Positions 1 through 13,324 of a DNA stretch of 64,000 bases are shown here, one piece after another. Source of the DNA: Albugo candida. Its lineage: Eukaryota. The notes under the pieces were generated by a model. That model was given only the letters and a program-made list of their open reading frames with translations, had not been told where the DNA came from and did no database searches. Location of the stretch: positions 62,001 through 126,000 of the forward strand of contig JBDOQK010000037.1 in assembly GCA_040437565.1 (NCBI GenBank), read 5' to 3'. Within the stretch, counting starts at the first letter, position 1. Each line of letters begins with the position of its first letter. Position numbers and translations under genes: made by a program.

Positions 1-599
1 CAACTGCTTCAAGCTCACCACGCTTGCTCCGAATATTCTTCGCGGTCATTCTCTTCCGGAACCACCTTCGATAACAGCGGAATTGAATATGCGTTGGTGC
101 TACAACCCGTCGACAAAAATGTACACATAATCCGATGGATCATCTTAGCCATTTATTTATTGTGATGTGTTTTGATGATGGAACATGACAAACTCTCGTT
201 GCCGCACTTTCGTTTTGTTTGGAGTAACATGCGAATAGTCTGAATCTGAATGTCAATCATATAAGCTGAGTTTCTATGTGTACTGTACAGTTCTTTCTCT
301 TTGTGCTTTGTCGATCATCAAAGAATACCCATGGAATATCCAATGAACTAAAGCTAGCGTATGTTCGACTCGAGCAGGGTAGTGATGAAAGAACTTGACG
401 TCATTCGAAAAAATACTAGTGCTATGCTCACACTCTAGAGTTGCTGAATGGAAATGACACGTTAAAGCGATACAAATTCTCAAAGTTTGGTAGAAGTTGG
501 TTGTTATCGTCTTTGTTCCCGTACGGCCGAATTCATCCGCTTGAGGTAACGAGAATTAAAGCTGTTCCACCGGCTGTGGATAAGGCGGTCAGAGAGCGT

Positions 600-2030
600 A
601 ACTAATGCTAATGGTAAAGTTGCGGTCGAACGGATCGAAATCGAGAATTCGGGCTATCGACGATTGTCCATGAAAAGTTATCTCGAATGATGGCGAGAGA
701 ATCAGTTGAGCTGCACCATTGCCAATTACAGTGCTGGGCTATATGATTGATGGAACCGGTTCTCTCAACATTACCTGACGATGTGTTCCAATGGCCGACT
801 TTGATACAGACCAAGGAAAGTCAGCAGTTTTCACCACCAAACTCTCATGTTATGAAGAGGAGAATGGCTATCGAAGGAAAAGCGTGACAAATAGCGCTAG
901 GTGGCGAACAAAGTAGAGTCAGGACCGACCTCTGCGATCTCCAATAGCTATATAATCGATTAGTAGTACTGAACGAGCCGTCTTCGAGCGGGTTGATTGA
1001 TAGCGTCTCATTCGGAGCGACGGATTTGTGCATCCGATTGTGCGTAATAGCCCATTTCAGCAATGGGAGACATCACGGTATTGAATCCACTTTTCTTATG
1101 TTGGAGAAAACATTGTGGTGGACCGTATGAAGAAAGATGTAAATGCTTTCATGATAGAGTGCTTCCATTGCTCGATCAGTGAACAAAACCATGTGCCGAG
1201 ACCGCTTGGAGAAGCTCTCCATGCGACCAAACCCAATGAGATTATACATTTCGGCTATATGTGTATGGAGAGAAGTGCTCAATGTAAAGAATAATTTTTG
1301 TCGTCAAGGACGATGCTACAAAGTACGTTTGATTATTGCCAACAAAGCAAGTAGACTCAATCAAAGTGATTTCCAAGTTTTGGTGTATGTCATACATGCT
1401 TTTCAGACCAAGGTACCCGATTCATAAATGAGCTTTTCTGTGAAATGCAGCGAGTACTGGGATCAATCTATCACTTCACCACGCCGAGGTGTCCGGTCTA
1501 ATGAAATTGTTCAAATAGCCGACAGAAAAGCTCTTAAAGTATAAGAGTACTGCAGACCTAATGGAAATGCAACGAAACGGGTGGGACAACATTATTACTA
1601 TGAAACATTCAATTATAAAGCAGCACCACCCCATCACTTGACGATGAAAACCCAGTTAAGGCTATGACTAGATTGCCAATGCCTTTGATAGAATATTCGT
1701 GAATTCTACGAGTCTAGCACCGGCGACAGCTCTCCAGTGGATATGGATTTTGAGAAAAACGCAGGAATTTGTATGCGCTACAAAAGCGAGTGTCGATACC
1801 TTCGAACGAAGGAAGAGAGAGAATGGACATGGAAACACTAGAATGTTATGGATTTTGTGTTATACGCCGACATGTGGCGGAAACCCATCAAAAATTCAAG
1901 ATTAAATGAAACAGTCCAGCCCAAGTAGCCGAACAATCTCCGACTGGATTTCGAGATCCAAAATCTGGTCACACAAGAAATACGTGAAGTACATTCGTCC
2001 CGTTTGAAGTTTCAAGCTGACGGCGTCTAA
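600..2030 (+). mobile_element. Degenerate Ty3/Gypsy LTR-retrotransposon pol (integrase) remnant
   Basis: Manual translation across frameshifts gives integrase motifs in the correct order: RLCVIAHFSNGRHHGIEST (HH of the Zn-binding domain, ~1035), PLGEALHATKPNEIIHFGY (~1203), VVKDDATKYV* (~1300), SDQGTRFINE (~1402), HFTTPRCP (~1472) and FEIQNLVTQEIREVHSSRLKFQAD (~1950-2020). Many stops and frameshifts; the 5' boundary is approximate. Confidence 0.8.
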
Positions 2031-2059
2031 TGCTCACGACAATGAGAGTCATGTGATTG

Positions 2060-2600
2060 AGCGAGTCAAAGCTCATGAGAGATGCACTCGCGCTTGTTCG
2101 TCAGTACTGCAAATCGAAGAAAGAATGATGTAGTCGATCTAATTGAAGACCGAGTCCTGTCCTCGAACGCCATACCATGTTGTTGATGTTCGCGCATGTG
2201 TTTTGTAGAAAGCCGTATTTGTCGGAATGGATGATTTTGAGTAGACGAAATCAACATTCGCATTTCTGTGTCCGCGGGAATATAAGCCCATTGTTTCCCT
2301 AGTAAATCGCTGCCCATTCTTGGCGTCTAGGTTCCCCAATATAAAAGTAGCTGGCTTCTAAATCGCTGGATCATCCCCAAAAAGAGTGTCTAAAATTATT
2401 TGGAATCGTTCTGTCGACGTCCCATTTGTGATGCGTGACATGTGTTATTGAGTATGCTTGGCGACTATGTCGGGAGAGATAAATATCAGCCCATAGCGGG
2501 GTGTGGAAGAAGGAAAAATGATGAACCAACCGTCGTGTACCGACGAGATCGTCCGTCATTTTGAAGCGCATTCACGTCAAGAAGATGTCCTACTCGATCT
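2060..2600 (-). mobile_element. Highly decayed Ty1/Copia-like GAG-pre-integrase/integrase remnant
   Basis: Minus-strand motifs occur in Copia order: GTRRLVH (like WHRRLGH), MI-SDL (like IHSDL, frameshifted), RFTRETM (like DDFTRKTW), KIIHSDKYG (like IRSDNGGE) and QQHGMAFE (like QQNGMAER). Each motif is weak alone; the order supports the call. Confidence 0.5.
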
Positions 2601-3039
2601 TGCCCAACCTACCACCGAAAAGCCATGTCTTGTATTGCACGTAAACTTTTGATCTAAAGCTGTGATTGATAAGAAGAGAATCGTTTCTAACGTCGACTTT
2701 TGCACGCTATGACCATTCACATTTCTGTAGATCCATATATCTCCCGACGTGTTCCTGTGCTTTGTTTGAATCTTAAGGTTTTGAATTGGAAGAAAATTAG
2801 AATAGTCTCCTTTCATTGTGCGAATTAAATGGACGAGAAAGTGATGTTGCAATATCTACAATAAAAAGCACGTTATCTACTTGCAGTAGACCATCAGAAC
2901 GTCCGTGACTATAAGGGATAATGCCACCACATTCGGATGNNNNNNNNNNNNNNNNNNNNNNNNNNNNNNNNNNNNNNNNNNNNNNNNNNNNNNNNNNNNN
3001 NNNNNNNNNNNNNNNNNNNNNNNNNNNNNNNNNNNNNNN

Positions 3040-4926
3040 CATTTCAGCAATGGGAGACATCACGGTATTGAATCCACTTTTCTTATGTTGGAGAAAACAT
3101 TGTGGTGGACCGTATGAAGAAAGATGTAAATGCTTTCATGATAGAGTGCTTCCATTGCTCGATCAGTGAACAAAACCATGTGCCGAGACCGCTTGGAGAA
3201 GCTCTCCATGCGACCAAACCCAATGAGATTATACATTTCGGCTATATGTGTATGGAGAGAAGTGCTCAATGTAAAGAATAATTTTTGTCGTCAAGGACGA
3301 TGCTACAAAGTACGTTTGATTATTGCCAACAAAGCAAGTAGACTCAATCAAAGTGATTTCCAAGTTTTGGTGTATGTCATACATGCTTTTCAGACCAAGG
3401 TACCCGATTCATAAATGAGCTTTTCTGTGAAATGCAGCGAGTACTGGGATCAATCTATCACTTCACCACGCCGAGGTGTCCGGTCTAATGAAATTGTTCA
3501 AATAGCCGACAGAAAAGCTCTTAAAGTATAAGAGTACTGCAGACCTAATGGAAATGCAACGAAACGGGTGGGACAACATTATTACTATGAAACATTCAAT
3601 TATAAAGCAGCACCACCCCATCACTTGACGATGAAAACCCAGTTAAGGCTATGACTAGATTGCCAATGCCTTTGATAGAATATTCGTGAATTCTACGAGT
3701 CTAGCACCGGCGACAGCTCTCCAGTGGATATGGATTTTGAGAAAAACGCAGGAATTTGTATGCGCTACAAAAGCGAGTGTCGATACCTTCGAACGAAGGA
3801 AGAGAGAGAATGGACATGGAAACACTAGAATGTTATGGATTTTGTGTTATACGCCGACATGTGGCGGAAACCCATCAAAAATTCAAGATTAAATGAAACA
3901 GTCCAGCCCAAGTAGCCGAACAATCTCCGACTGGATTTCGAGATCCAAAATCTGGTCACACAAGAAATACGTGAAGTACATTCGTCCCGTTTGAAGTTTC
4001 AAGCTGACGGCGTCTAATGCTCACGACAATGAGAGTCATGTGATTGAGCGAGTCAAAGCTCATGAGAGATGCACTCGCGCTTGTTCGTCAGTACTGCAAA
4101 TCGAAGAAAGAATGATGTAGTCGATCTAATTGAAGACCGAGTCCTGTCCTCGAACGCCATACCATGTTGTTGATGTTCGCGCATGTGTTTTGTAGAAAGC
4201 CGTATTTGTCGGAATGGATGATTTTGAGTAGACGAAATCAACATTCGCATTTCTGTGTCCGCGGGAATATAAGCCCATTGTTTCCCTAGTAAATCGCTGC
4301 CCATTCTTGGCGTCTAGGTTCCCCAATATAAAAGTAGCTGGCTTCTAAATCGCTGGATCATCCCCAAAAAGAGTGTCTAAAATTATTTGGAATCGTTCTG
4401 TCGACGTCCCATTTGTGATGCGTGACATGTGTTATTGAGTATGCTTGGCGACTATGTCGGGAGAGATAAATATCAGCCCATAGCGGGGTGTGGAAGAAGG
4501 AAAAATGATGAACCAACCGTCGTGTACCGACGAGATCGTCCGTCATTTTGAAGCGCATTCACGTCAAGAAGATGTCCTACTCGATCTTGCCCAACCTACC
4601 ACCGAAAAGCCATGTCTTGTATTGCACGTAAACTTTTGATCTAAAGCTGTGATTGATAAGAAGAGAATCGTTTCTAACGTCGACTTTTGCACGCTATGAC
4701 CATTCACATTTCTGTAGATCCATATATCTCCCGACGTGTTCCTGTGCTTTGTTTGAATCTTAAGGTTTTGAATTGGAAGAAAATTAGAATAGTCTCCTTT
4801 CATTGTGCGAATTAAATGGACGAGAAAGTGATGTTGCAATATCTACAATAAAAAGCACGTTATCTACTTGCAGTAGACCATCAGAACGTCCGTGACTATA
4901 AGGGATAATGCCACCACATTCGGATG
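3040..4926 (+). repeat. Apparently identical copy of 1053-2939 after an N gap (probable unmerged assembly overlap)
   Basis: Same sequence and same ORFs at offset 1987, immediately flanking the 100-N gap at 2940-3039. Confidence 0.9.
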
Positions 4927-6541
4927 CGTTGTAACCATTCATGTTGTCGAAGGTGAATTTGAGGTATTTTGTTTGAACGGGTGAATGTTTCAATACAAAT
5001 CCTAATTGACAAGTAAGTAATGTGCTTTGCAAATTTTGGCTTTGTTTGACGTGAAGTATGACCCCGTGTCAATTTAGATTTACAATAAAGCATGAATTAC
5101 CAAAAAGGGTCATCTCGTGACAGCACAGAATTTACATCGTATTATTGCATCAGCTTTCTGGTGGACACATATCACTGTGAATGGATCCTTGAATCCTTAA
5201 GTCGTCATAACGTTATTCCAGACTTTGGACCCGACAGCTGACTATTTATTCCCATGTGCATCAAAGTCTTTGAAATCAGCCACAAGAATGTCAAGTATAT
5301 TGGATTACTGCCCGTACTTCTTCAATATGACAAGCTTGCTTTTCTAGCGTAAAAGCCAAAGAACGTTTGCTTTCAGTCCGAGTATTCCACAACAAAAGAG
5401 TTATTTCGCAAAAAAAACACTTCAGCATAAGTGCCAACGTCATGTTGTCCGCTGCTCGAAATATCTCAATCCATTGCTTCTTCACGTACAACTTGACAAT
5501 AGATCCTAGCAAGGGTCAAAATGAAACTTTCATCACAATAAAGCATGAATCTTTTATAGCGCGCTGTGGGTCGTAGTTGCGGTAGGCATAGCTAATGCTG
5601 CGTTTTCGGCAACACTCATCTCAAAACGTATTTTACTTACTTATTACTTATACAACACATGCTCCGAATGATCTAATCTTTTTTGCTCTGGAGTCATTCC
5701 TGATGGACGTAGTGTATGTATTGTGTCTACGTTTACGATACATATTCGCTACTTCCCGCATGAACTGAGAGACATGTGCATCGGGAGATGCAGAATTCTC
5801 TCAAAGCCATGCCAACATCGTCCAAAAGCTCAAGGGAATTTATGATAAATCGGATTGCGGTTCTCCACTTTTCGCATGAAAACCATATACATTCGTCGGT
5901 GCGATTATCTCACGATAGAAAGACACATGATTCTACGCGATAGCTTCGCTAATATCGGGACGATCAGGGCAGGCCTATGACCTCAAACATTGCTACATGT
6001 CTGTATAGCTATTCAATGTAAAATGCAGCTTATACGGTGGCGGTAGAACTCGACAAACGCTATCATTCACACTAAAGAGTCATTGTACAACAAAACTCTG
6101 ACCCTACTAAGATGAACGATGTATTTGCACGTAGGCTACTGCAATTGGTCGTATACTCCACAGCATTCGCCTCTACTACGTAAGCACGGTAATGTACACC
6201 CGAAACATACAAAGAGCTCTTTCCTTTTCTCATATTCCGAACGGAAAGTGACGCTATTCTACCGACACGCATTGTATCAGTGCAAATTTTCTATCACATC
6301 GACAACAAGTCGATTTTATCGCAGAAATCAGCCTATGCCACAGGAACCAGAGTGGCCAGCAAGACAGATCTGATCGAGCTGTTGATAGTTCTGATAGTCA
6401 ATAGCCGACGATCTATTAAGTAGTAGCATGGTCGGTATCTGATACGATAGAGATGTCTCAAATTCGCATATTTTTTCCAAAGTAAAAACCTTACTAAACA
6501 AATCGAAAGATTCGAACCACACATTCAAGTTTTTCTTCTTC

Positions 6542-9500
6542 ATGACTGACACTAAAGAACTCAAGCGATATCGCTTTACGCGCAAAGACTTCAAACCATT
6601 AGAGACCAAACCTCTCCATTTAGACTTGGTGTTTGACATCAGGCCTGAAAAAGTCTCGGTCGTATCTAGCACAACTTTTCAGCATCTTGGCGAGAACGCG
6701 TTACATGAATTGCGACTAAATTCGAAGGAATTAGAAATTGTTCAGGTCGAACGAATCACTGCCTTCAAATCCACTCAAAGCTGTAAAGACCTGGAAGAAC
6801 ACGTACTGTCATTCCAACTCCCTGTTTCGCTAAAGTATGAAGTGGATGCTGAGAATCATTTCTTGATCGTGAAGTTCGAGACACCAATTCAAAAAGAAGA
6901 GGAATTTGTGCTCAAATTCCACACAATTGCAACACCAAGCGAAAACATTTTGGAAGGATTGTATTACGATTATACTCCGACTGGAGCACCAAAAACAATC
7001 ATAACGCAATGCCAACAGCACGGTTTCCAACGTATAACGCCTTGTATCGATACGATGGATGCAAAAGCCTATTATACGACAACTATAATTGCTGATAAAA
7101 AGTATACAAATATGATTACAAATGGCGATCTTGCTCATGATTTTTATGATGTCAATAATGAGCCAGTGTACCAGTCTCCAGAAAGCGTACTGGGTGAAGT
7201 GGATGAGAAACGTCACGTTCTCAAATATCATAATCACAAAGTGAAAATGGCTCCATACTTGTTCTTTCTCGGAGTTGGGACGTATGAGACGTATCGAAGG
7301 GAATTGGAGTTCCCAGATGGAGATACTATTCTTCTGGAAATTTTGGCTTTTCCAGGATTTTTCAAACCAGACGATGCAAAACAGGCGGTGAAAATGCTGC
7401 ATGATTCCGTGCTATGGACGATGATTAGTCTCGGCCCAGAAGCGTGTCAGCATCACGAAGAGCGAAAACGGATATACGATCTAATTGAAGAGCGTGAAGG
7501 TCTAAAGGCGAAGAAAAGTAAGCTCTGCCTCGGACCGTGCGAAAAAAAAGACGTCACGGCACTAAGCGATAAAAATGCCGACCGTTTGAAAGACATTCGT
7601 TCAGAACTCAANNNNNNNNNNNNNNNNNNNNNNNNNNNNNNNNNNNNNNNNNNNNNNNNNNNNNNNNNNNNNNNNNNNNNNNNNNNNNNNNNNNNNNNNN
7701 NNNNNNNNNNNATTTTTCAAACCAGACGATGCAAAACAGGCGGTGAAAATGCTGCATGATTCCGTGCTATGGACGATGATTAGTCTCGGCCCAGAAGCGT
7801 GTCAGCATCACGAAGAGCGAAAACGGATATACGATCTAATTGAAGAGCGTGAAGGTCTAAAGGCGAAGAAAAGTAAGCTCTGCCTCGGACCGTGCGAAAA
7901 AAAAGACGTCACGGCACTAAGCGATAAAAATGCCGACCGTTTGAAAGACATTCGTTCAGAACTCAAGACTTTGATCAAAGTATGGAATAAAACTGGCTAC
8001 AAATACACTGGAGCTGTGTATCGAGAAATTGCCATGGAAAACTCATATTACGGGGGAATGGAGAATGTGGGCAACACCACAATCGTTAGCTCGTGTCTGT
8101 GTCCAAGCGAGCGCATGGATGACGGATCGTATATGTATATGGAGCGCGTTAAAGTCCATGAATATTATCATAACATTAATGGCAGTCAAGTCACAGGTCA
8201 ATCTCCGTTCGAAATTTGGCTGAATGAAGCTGTTACTGTTCACATGGAACGTAAACGCTGCGCTGCAATTTTTGGCTCTGATTACTCCCGTCTAAATGAT
8301 GTTCTTTACATGTTTGCACCTCTTGGTCCGCTTGCGCAAGACAAGTCGGCAACTTCGCTTTCGATCGAACCGGAAGGATTCAATCAAACGCAAGAGCTGG
8401 TATCCGCCGTGACATACTCAAAAGCTCCCGAGTTTGTTCGTATGGTGGAACTCATTATCGGAGAGGATCAATTCCACAAGGCATTGGACGTGTACCACAC
8501 GAGGTATAGCTTTGGCAATGCCACAACGTTGGATTGGATCAATTGCATGGAGGAAGTATCACACTGTGACCTCAAAGAATTGGCTCGGACGTGGCTCAAA
8601 CGACCGGGTCATCCACATGTGTCGTACTCCTCGACCTACGATCCAATTACTTGCGAATACAAAGTGTGGATGAAGCAATCTGGATTTGTAAATATGCCAT
8701 CAGACAATGCTGGACCATGGGTGATACCCGTTGATTACGCTCTTATCAAAGATGGAAAGGTCATAAAAGAGGGGCTCATCACCTTTCATGAGGAAGAATT
8801 CTCGTTCAGTATCAAAGACGTGAAAGAAAAGCCCGACTTCTTTTCATTTGGTCGAGGTTGGTCGTTCTTTGGCACTTCCAAGTCAGAAGATAATGCGATC
8901 GAGGTACTTGTGAAGCAAACAAAATCAGATCCTGACTCGGTGAACAGATATCAGGCGTACCGAATGGTGGCTGATCTGGAGAAAGCCAAGATCATCAATG
9001 GATTCCTGAAAGGAGATTTGGATGTCACCATCTCTTCCGATTTTGTTGATCTGCACGCTTCGATTCTCTTTTCTGAGCACATCACACCGGCCGCGCGAGC
9101 GCTAACACTATCAGAGAAAAACACCGTGCCTACCAAAGATGAGTTGAGTCATCACTACATAGAGATCCGCAAGGCCACAAGAGCATTGCTTCAAGCTGTA
9201 TGGGTGAAATATGCTCCTGAAATTGAGAAAATGTACACCAAGCTTTGCGAAAGCGCTCATCCGGGACCTCATTATGATCAATTTCAAGAACGCGCTTTGA
9301 AACAGCACTTGCTGTCACTGATGGTCGCTGGAGGCGAAAAATCATTCTTACCAAACACACGTGCTGTCAATCCTACGACGAACCCAACGGATTTGGCCAA
9401 AGTTCTGCTGGAGACTTCGACATTTGCATCCGACAAAGCGACAGGCTTCAGTGTCATTATGAATGATGAACAGTATCCAGAGCGGTCACAAATACAGGAA

Positions 9501-9920
9501 CGGGTGTTTGAAGAATGGCGTCAGACGCCAGATACGCTCACCAAGTATATCGGTGTCATAAGCTGCCTGCAAACGTCCGACGTTGGTAAGCAAATTAGAA
9601 AGCTGATTGCTCATCCAAGCTTCAACATGGCACAATCGAGTCACAGTCGAACGCTGGCAAGAGGATTGTCCCTCATCCGTCAATTCTCATTAGCCACTGA
9701 CGAAGGGCTTCAACTTTTATCCGAATGCTTCACCAAAATCGGTAAAGTGAATCAAATGTCTGCATATCCAATTTTGCAATCTTTTGATCATTTGGATCGA
9801 TTTGACCAAGAAACACGATCAAAAATGCTTCGAGTATTGCAAGAAATGCAGGATTCGATCGATCCGAAGAAGGAAGAATCGCTATACAATCGCCTTAATA
9901 TCATCCTTAAGAAGGCGTAA
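6542..9920 (+). CDS. M1-family zinc aminopeptidase (PepN-like); one gene split by a gap and duplicated overlap
   Basis: Motifs TQCQQHGFQRI, GGMEN, HEYYH..(18)..E (WLNEAVT) and YSKAPEFVRM. Bases 7357-7611 are repeated at 7712-7966 across the gap, so the two ORFs join into one. Confidence 0.92.
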
Positions 9921-10081
9921 TCAGAATTCTGTAGGAAGTAGTCCAGTTTTCTCAGCTTAAAAATAAAGCGGCATCTAAAGGATTTGGCATTTCGGTCACT
10001 GGTACCCAGCGTCATCGAAAGAATCGTTTTACGGCCAATATACCATGCCGCTCTCTGAAGTAGCCCACAGCTATACACTAC

Positions 10082-10814
10082 CTACCATGACACTTGATTC
10101 GAGTGTGTCGTGAACGCCACAAAATGAGGATCTTCGAGCAGGTGAGTGTCCAGCCGACGGAATTTATGCGGAGCTGTTCCGTCCAATTTTGCTCGAGCGA
10201 AGGAATGACGTAAAATCCGAATGTCAAAAGGTAGATATCTGACGTACGAGCTGATTAGAATTGGAAGGAATGCATCGAATGCGTACACTAGTTTAAGTGA
10301 TGGAACACTGATGAAGTCATATTCATCGATACGCTCAATCGGATTCAGGTCCAAGCGGCTACAAAGCTGAGGATGAGGCTAGCGAATCAATGAATGATGC
10401 TGAATACATACATGACTTTGAGTTGAGTCAAAGCTGCTTTACGACGGGAAAATGTGTTGTTGGAGTATCGCAGTGTTCCTTGCAGCATTTCTGGAAAGAT
10501 TTTTGTGAGCTGATTGCCCATAAGGTACCTTCAGAAGCACAATGAGAGAAATTGTACAGCCGTATGCGAAGATAGCTCATACAAATGTGTTGTTTCCATA
10601 GGAATGTTGTCTGGAATCGTCTTTATTGCAACGTAATTGCTCAGTAGCGTCTCGCGGTTCATACATAAAGATGACGTACTGATAGCCCCTTAAAATCGCA
10701 ATATACGGATACACGCGCGCTTCCTATGCATTTACATACATCTGGACATGTATAGACAACCTCCACATGCCCTAGAACAGCAGCTAAAAGCGATACGATT
10801 GACGCAAAGGTCAT
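10082..10814 (-). CDS. Small secreted leucine-rich-repeat protein with a cysteine LRRNT cap (multi-exon)
   Basis: Spliced reading: MTFASIVSLLAAVLG (signal-like), CPDVCKC..VYCDFKGLS/TIPDNIPMETTHL/YLMGNQLTKIFPEML..LTQLKVI/RLDLNPIERIDEYDF..LKLV/YLPF..EDPHFVAF. GT-AG introns lie at the joins. Confidence 0.75.
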
Positions 10815-10858
10815 CCAAAAGAGCGCTTTATTGTATCGAGTTATATCGATATTTATCA

Positions 10859-11823
10859 ATGCTCACATGGTGCCGCTTTCGGTCAGCCTTTTCTTGCAAA
10901 ATACAGCGGAATACTGCGACACGGTTCCAATCGTTTAGTAGCTCTATCGATCAGCTTCCTTCAAATGAGCTGAAAGAACCGCGAAAATTGCTCGTCGGTC
11001 TCGGAAATCCGACCGATAAATATGCCGATACTCGGCACAACATTGGAAAGCGGGCTCTTGCTCACTTTTTGGGGTCACATGTCTCCGCTTCTATGGTGAG
11101 AGACAATTGCTGAAATTAACGGCTTTGGATTTTGCTTATTTTGCGGTATCCGAATAGAATAAAAGCATGCAGATGATTCACGATTTTTCGGTACATGGTG
11201 ACTTCGCTCAAGCCGCAATTGGCTACCCTGTAGAGGAATCGGCATGTCACGATCTGGTCGATCTCATTTCAAAGCGATCACGAGCCAAAACAGCTTCAAT
11301 TGGCGTACCACACCCGACTGTACGATTGACTCTGCTGGCTCCAACAACGTTTATGAATGCTTCTGGAAAAAGTGTTGGAAGATTTTTCAGCCAACATCGT
11401 TGGCGATTAAAACGAAACCCATTATCACTCAACTTCCAGGATGAGCTCCTTGTGATAAGCGATGAAGTCTCACTGCCTTATGGCACTATCCGATTCAAAT
11501 CGCGGGGGTCTTCGGGTGGCCAAAATGGAGTCAAAGATATAATAAAATGCATTGGAACAGATCGATTTGCAAGACTTAAAATTGGAGTTGGTGCTCCTCA
11601 TTGGTTCACAAATGGAAACACTGGTCCTCCATCTCAATTTCCGCTTGATAAGTATGTTCTTTCCCGATTCAATTCGAATGAACAAGATCGACTTTGTGAT
11701 TTGCTAAAGTACATTGAGGAAGTGCTGAGAGTCTATGTTCATCGAGGTCTCCAACAAGCCACTACAGTAGCAAATGGAATGGATCTTGGAGCTTATTTGA
11801 AAAAGTTTGGAGGTAAAAGGTAA
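10859..11823 (+). CDS. PTH1: Peptidyl-tRNA hydrolase (bacterial-type Pth, probably mitochondrial), one intron ~11096-11157
   Basis: Motifs LLVGLGNP..YADTRHNIG, PTTFMNASG and DEVSLPYG..GSSGGQNGVKDI..FARLKIGVG; Arg/Ser-rich N-terminal presequence-like segment. Confidence 0.9.
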
Positions 11824-11866
11824 CTTTTGATTTGGACCAAGTAGCCGTAAAGGCTCCCTTTTACAA

Positions 11867-13086
11867 TCAGTTTTTTCCTTCTTCTTCCTCAGAGAGATCA
11901 TCCCCATCAAATTCAGCATCATCAGAATCGTTGTGTAAATCGTCTTCAATCCCTTCCTCTCCTTCATCCTTGACCAGTCCTTGCGTCCACAATTGGCGAC
12001 CTGTAATTTGCCGTTAGAACCGTTTTGAGAACAATTTCTGTATCTGCGACTATCACCAGTGAGTTTGGTGCTTGCTTCTGTGACTGCGACTTTGCTATTG
12101 AGTCGCATTTCTAAGTCAAATTGATCTCGCCATGCCATGAAGGTCTCCGGAGTCACAGGAGTTCCTGCAGACCTGAGGTGAAAAAGCATAATGTTCATCA
12201 CACTAGAAGCGCCACACCTGTACTGTCTTTGGCTTTGACGTGAGCAGCTTGTTCCTCGCGCTATTTATGATTTAGCTAATCGAAAGAAAGATTCCCACGA
12301 CTTGTACCTTTGCTGTTTCAATAGCTGTTCCTCTATCATCTTCCTTCTTCTTGATTTCCATCCGACGAAGCATCTCCTGATATTCTGATCCGTCCTAAAG
12401 TTATGATGCATCAATTCCTGATCGTAACGCTGGAGCAGCTTACATGGCCCGCACGATTATTCTCCACAAGATATTCGCGGACAGCCTCACAAAGCGTATA
12501 AATCATCGGCATCCCTGCATTTTCACGAATCTAGTACGAGAGATCTTGAGAAGCGATGCCAGCGCGCTCTGAAGCGATGTGTACTCGCTGCTGTAGTAGA
12601 GCTTTGATCTCGTTACGCTGTGCGTCACTCAATCCCTCCAAAGAGGTTACTTCCAGCTTTCAGAGGACTTTTGTTAGATTATTAATTGATGTAATTTTTC
12701 ATTCGAAGTTATGACATTCGGCTCTTGTTCCGGATAAGTTTCCGGGATGCAACAGGTTAATGTTAAGGCCACTAGAGTTGAAATTAGTTATGATCATAAC
12801 AAATGTTGAGCAACAAATAGAATTGAGTATCATGCCATGGTTTTCGTTGCCATCCTGATTGGGTACAATGTGAACTGTGTAACTCAGCGGATTCTCATTG
12901 ATCACTATGTTTTATGACCCGATTCAAAAATCATAATATTTACTAAGCTGCCATACTTGAAAAATCCTGCATGTAGATAGACTCCAGCGCCTCTACTTCC
13001 ATCATCATATCTCCCCTATAATCTATAGATATATAATGAGTCATCAGAACGCATAGAAAAAGTTGCTCGGCTCACGCACCTGTCAT
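11867..13086 (-). CDS. RWD-domain protein (RWDD1/Gir2-like), multi-exon
   Basis: Spliced reading MTDY..MEVEALESIY, then HPGNL/YP..P, ENAGMPMIYTLCEAVRE, GTPVTPETFMAWRDQF, KLTGRQLW and an acidic tail. Confidence 0.82.
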
Positions 13087-13324
13087 CGCAATTTCCGCTA
13101 AAGCAAGCTCTTGATTGGGTAAATTTCTCTATCTCACATGCTCATTGGACATTTTCAGAATGTGAGATCGAATGTCAATTATGACGAATTCAGACTTTAT
13201 CTTTGGTACTCATGACACTGCTAGTCTCCTAGTCACCTACTTCTAACACGTGAGATGCGGTATTCACTTGATCTACTCATTTGCGTATGTTGTGCGGTTT
13301 TTATCATATAAGTAACCGGTCTAG

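Noticed and set aside
1..152. Possible 5' end of a minus-strand gene
   Set aside because: Too short, and no recognisable motif.
1053..4926. 1.9-kb direct repeat as an LTR pair or tandem duplication
   Set aside because: The copies appear identical, contain internal pol sequence and directly flank a 100-N gap, which indicates an assembly overlap.
7357..7966. Two aminopeptidase genes or a programmed frameshift
   Set aside because: Caused by a 255-bp duplicated overlap around a gap. The same artefact occurs at gaps 16692, 17739, 45950, 47082, 48822 and 53192.
11510..11530. Pth GGQNG instead of GGHNG as a sign of inactivation
   Set aside because: The catalytic His in TRHN and the other core residues are intact; a single substitution is insufficient evidence.
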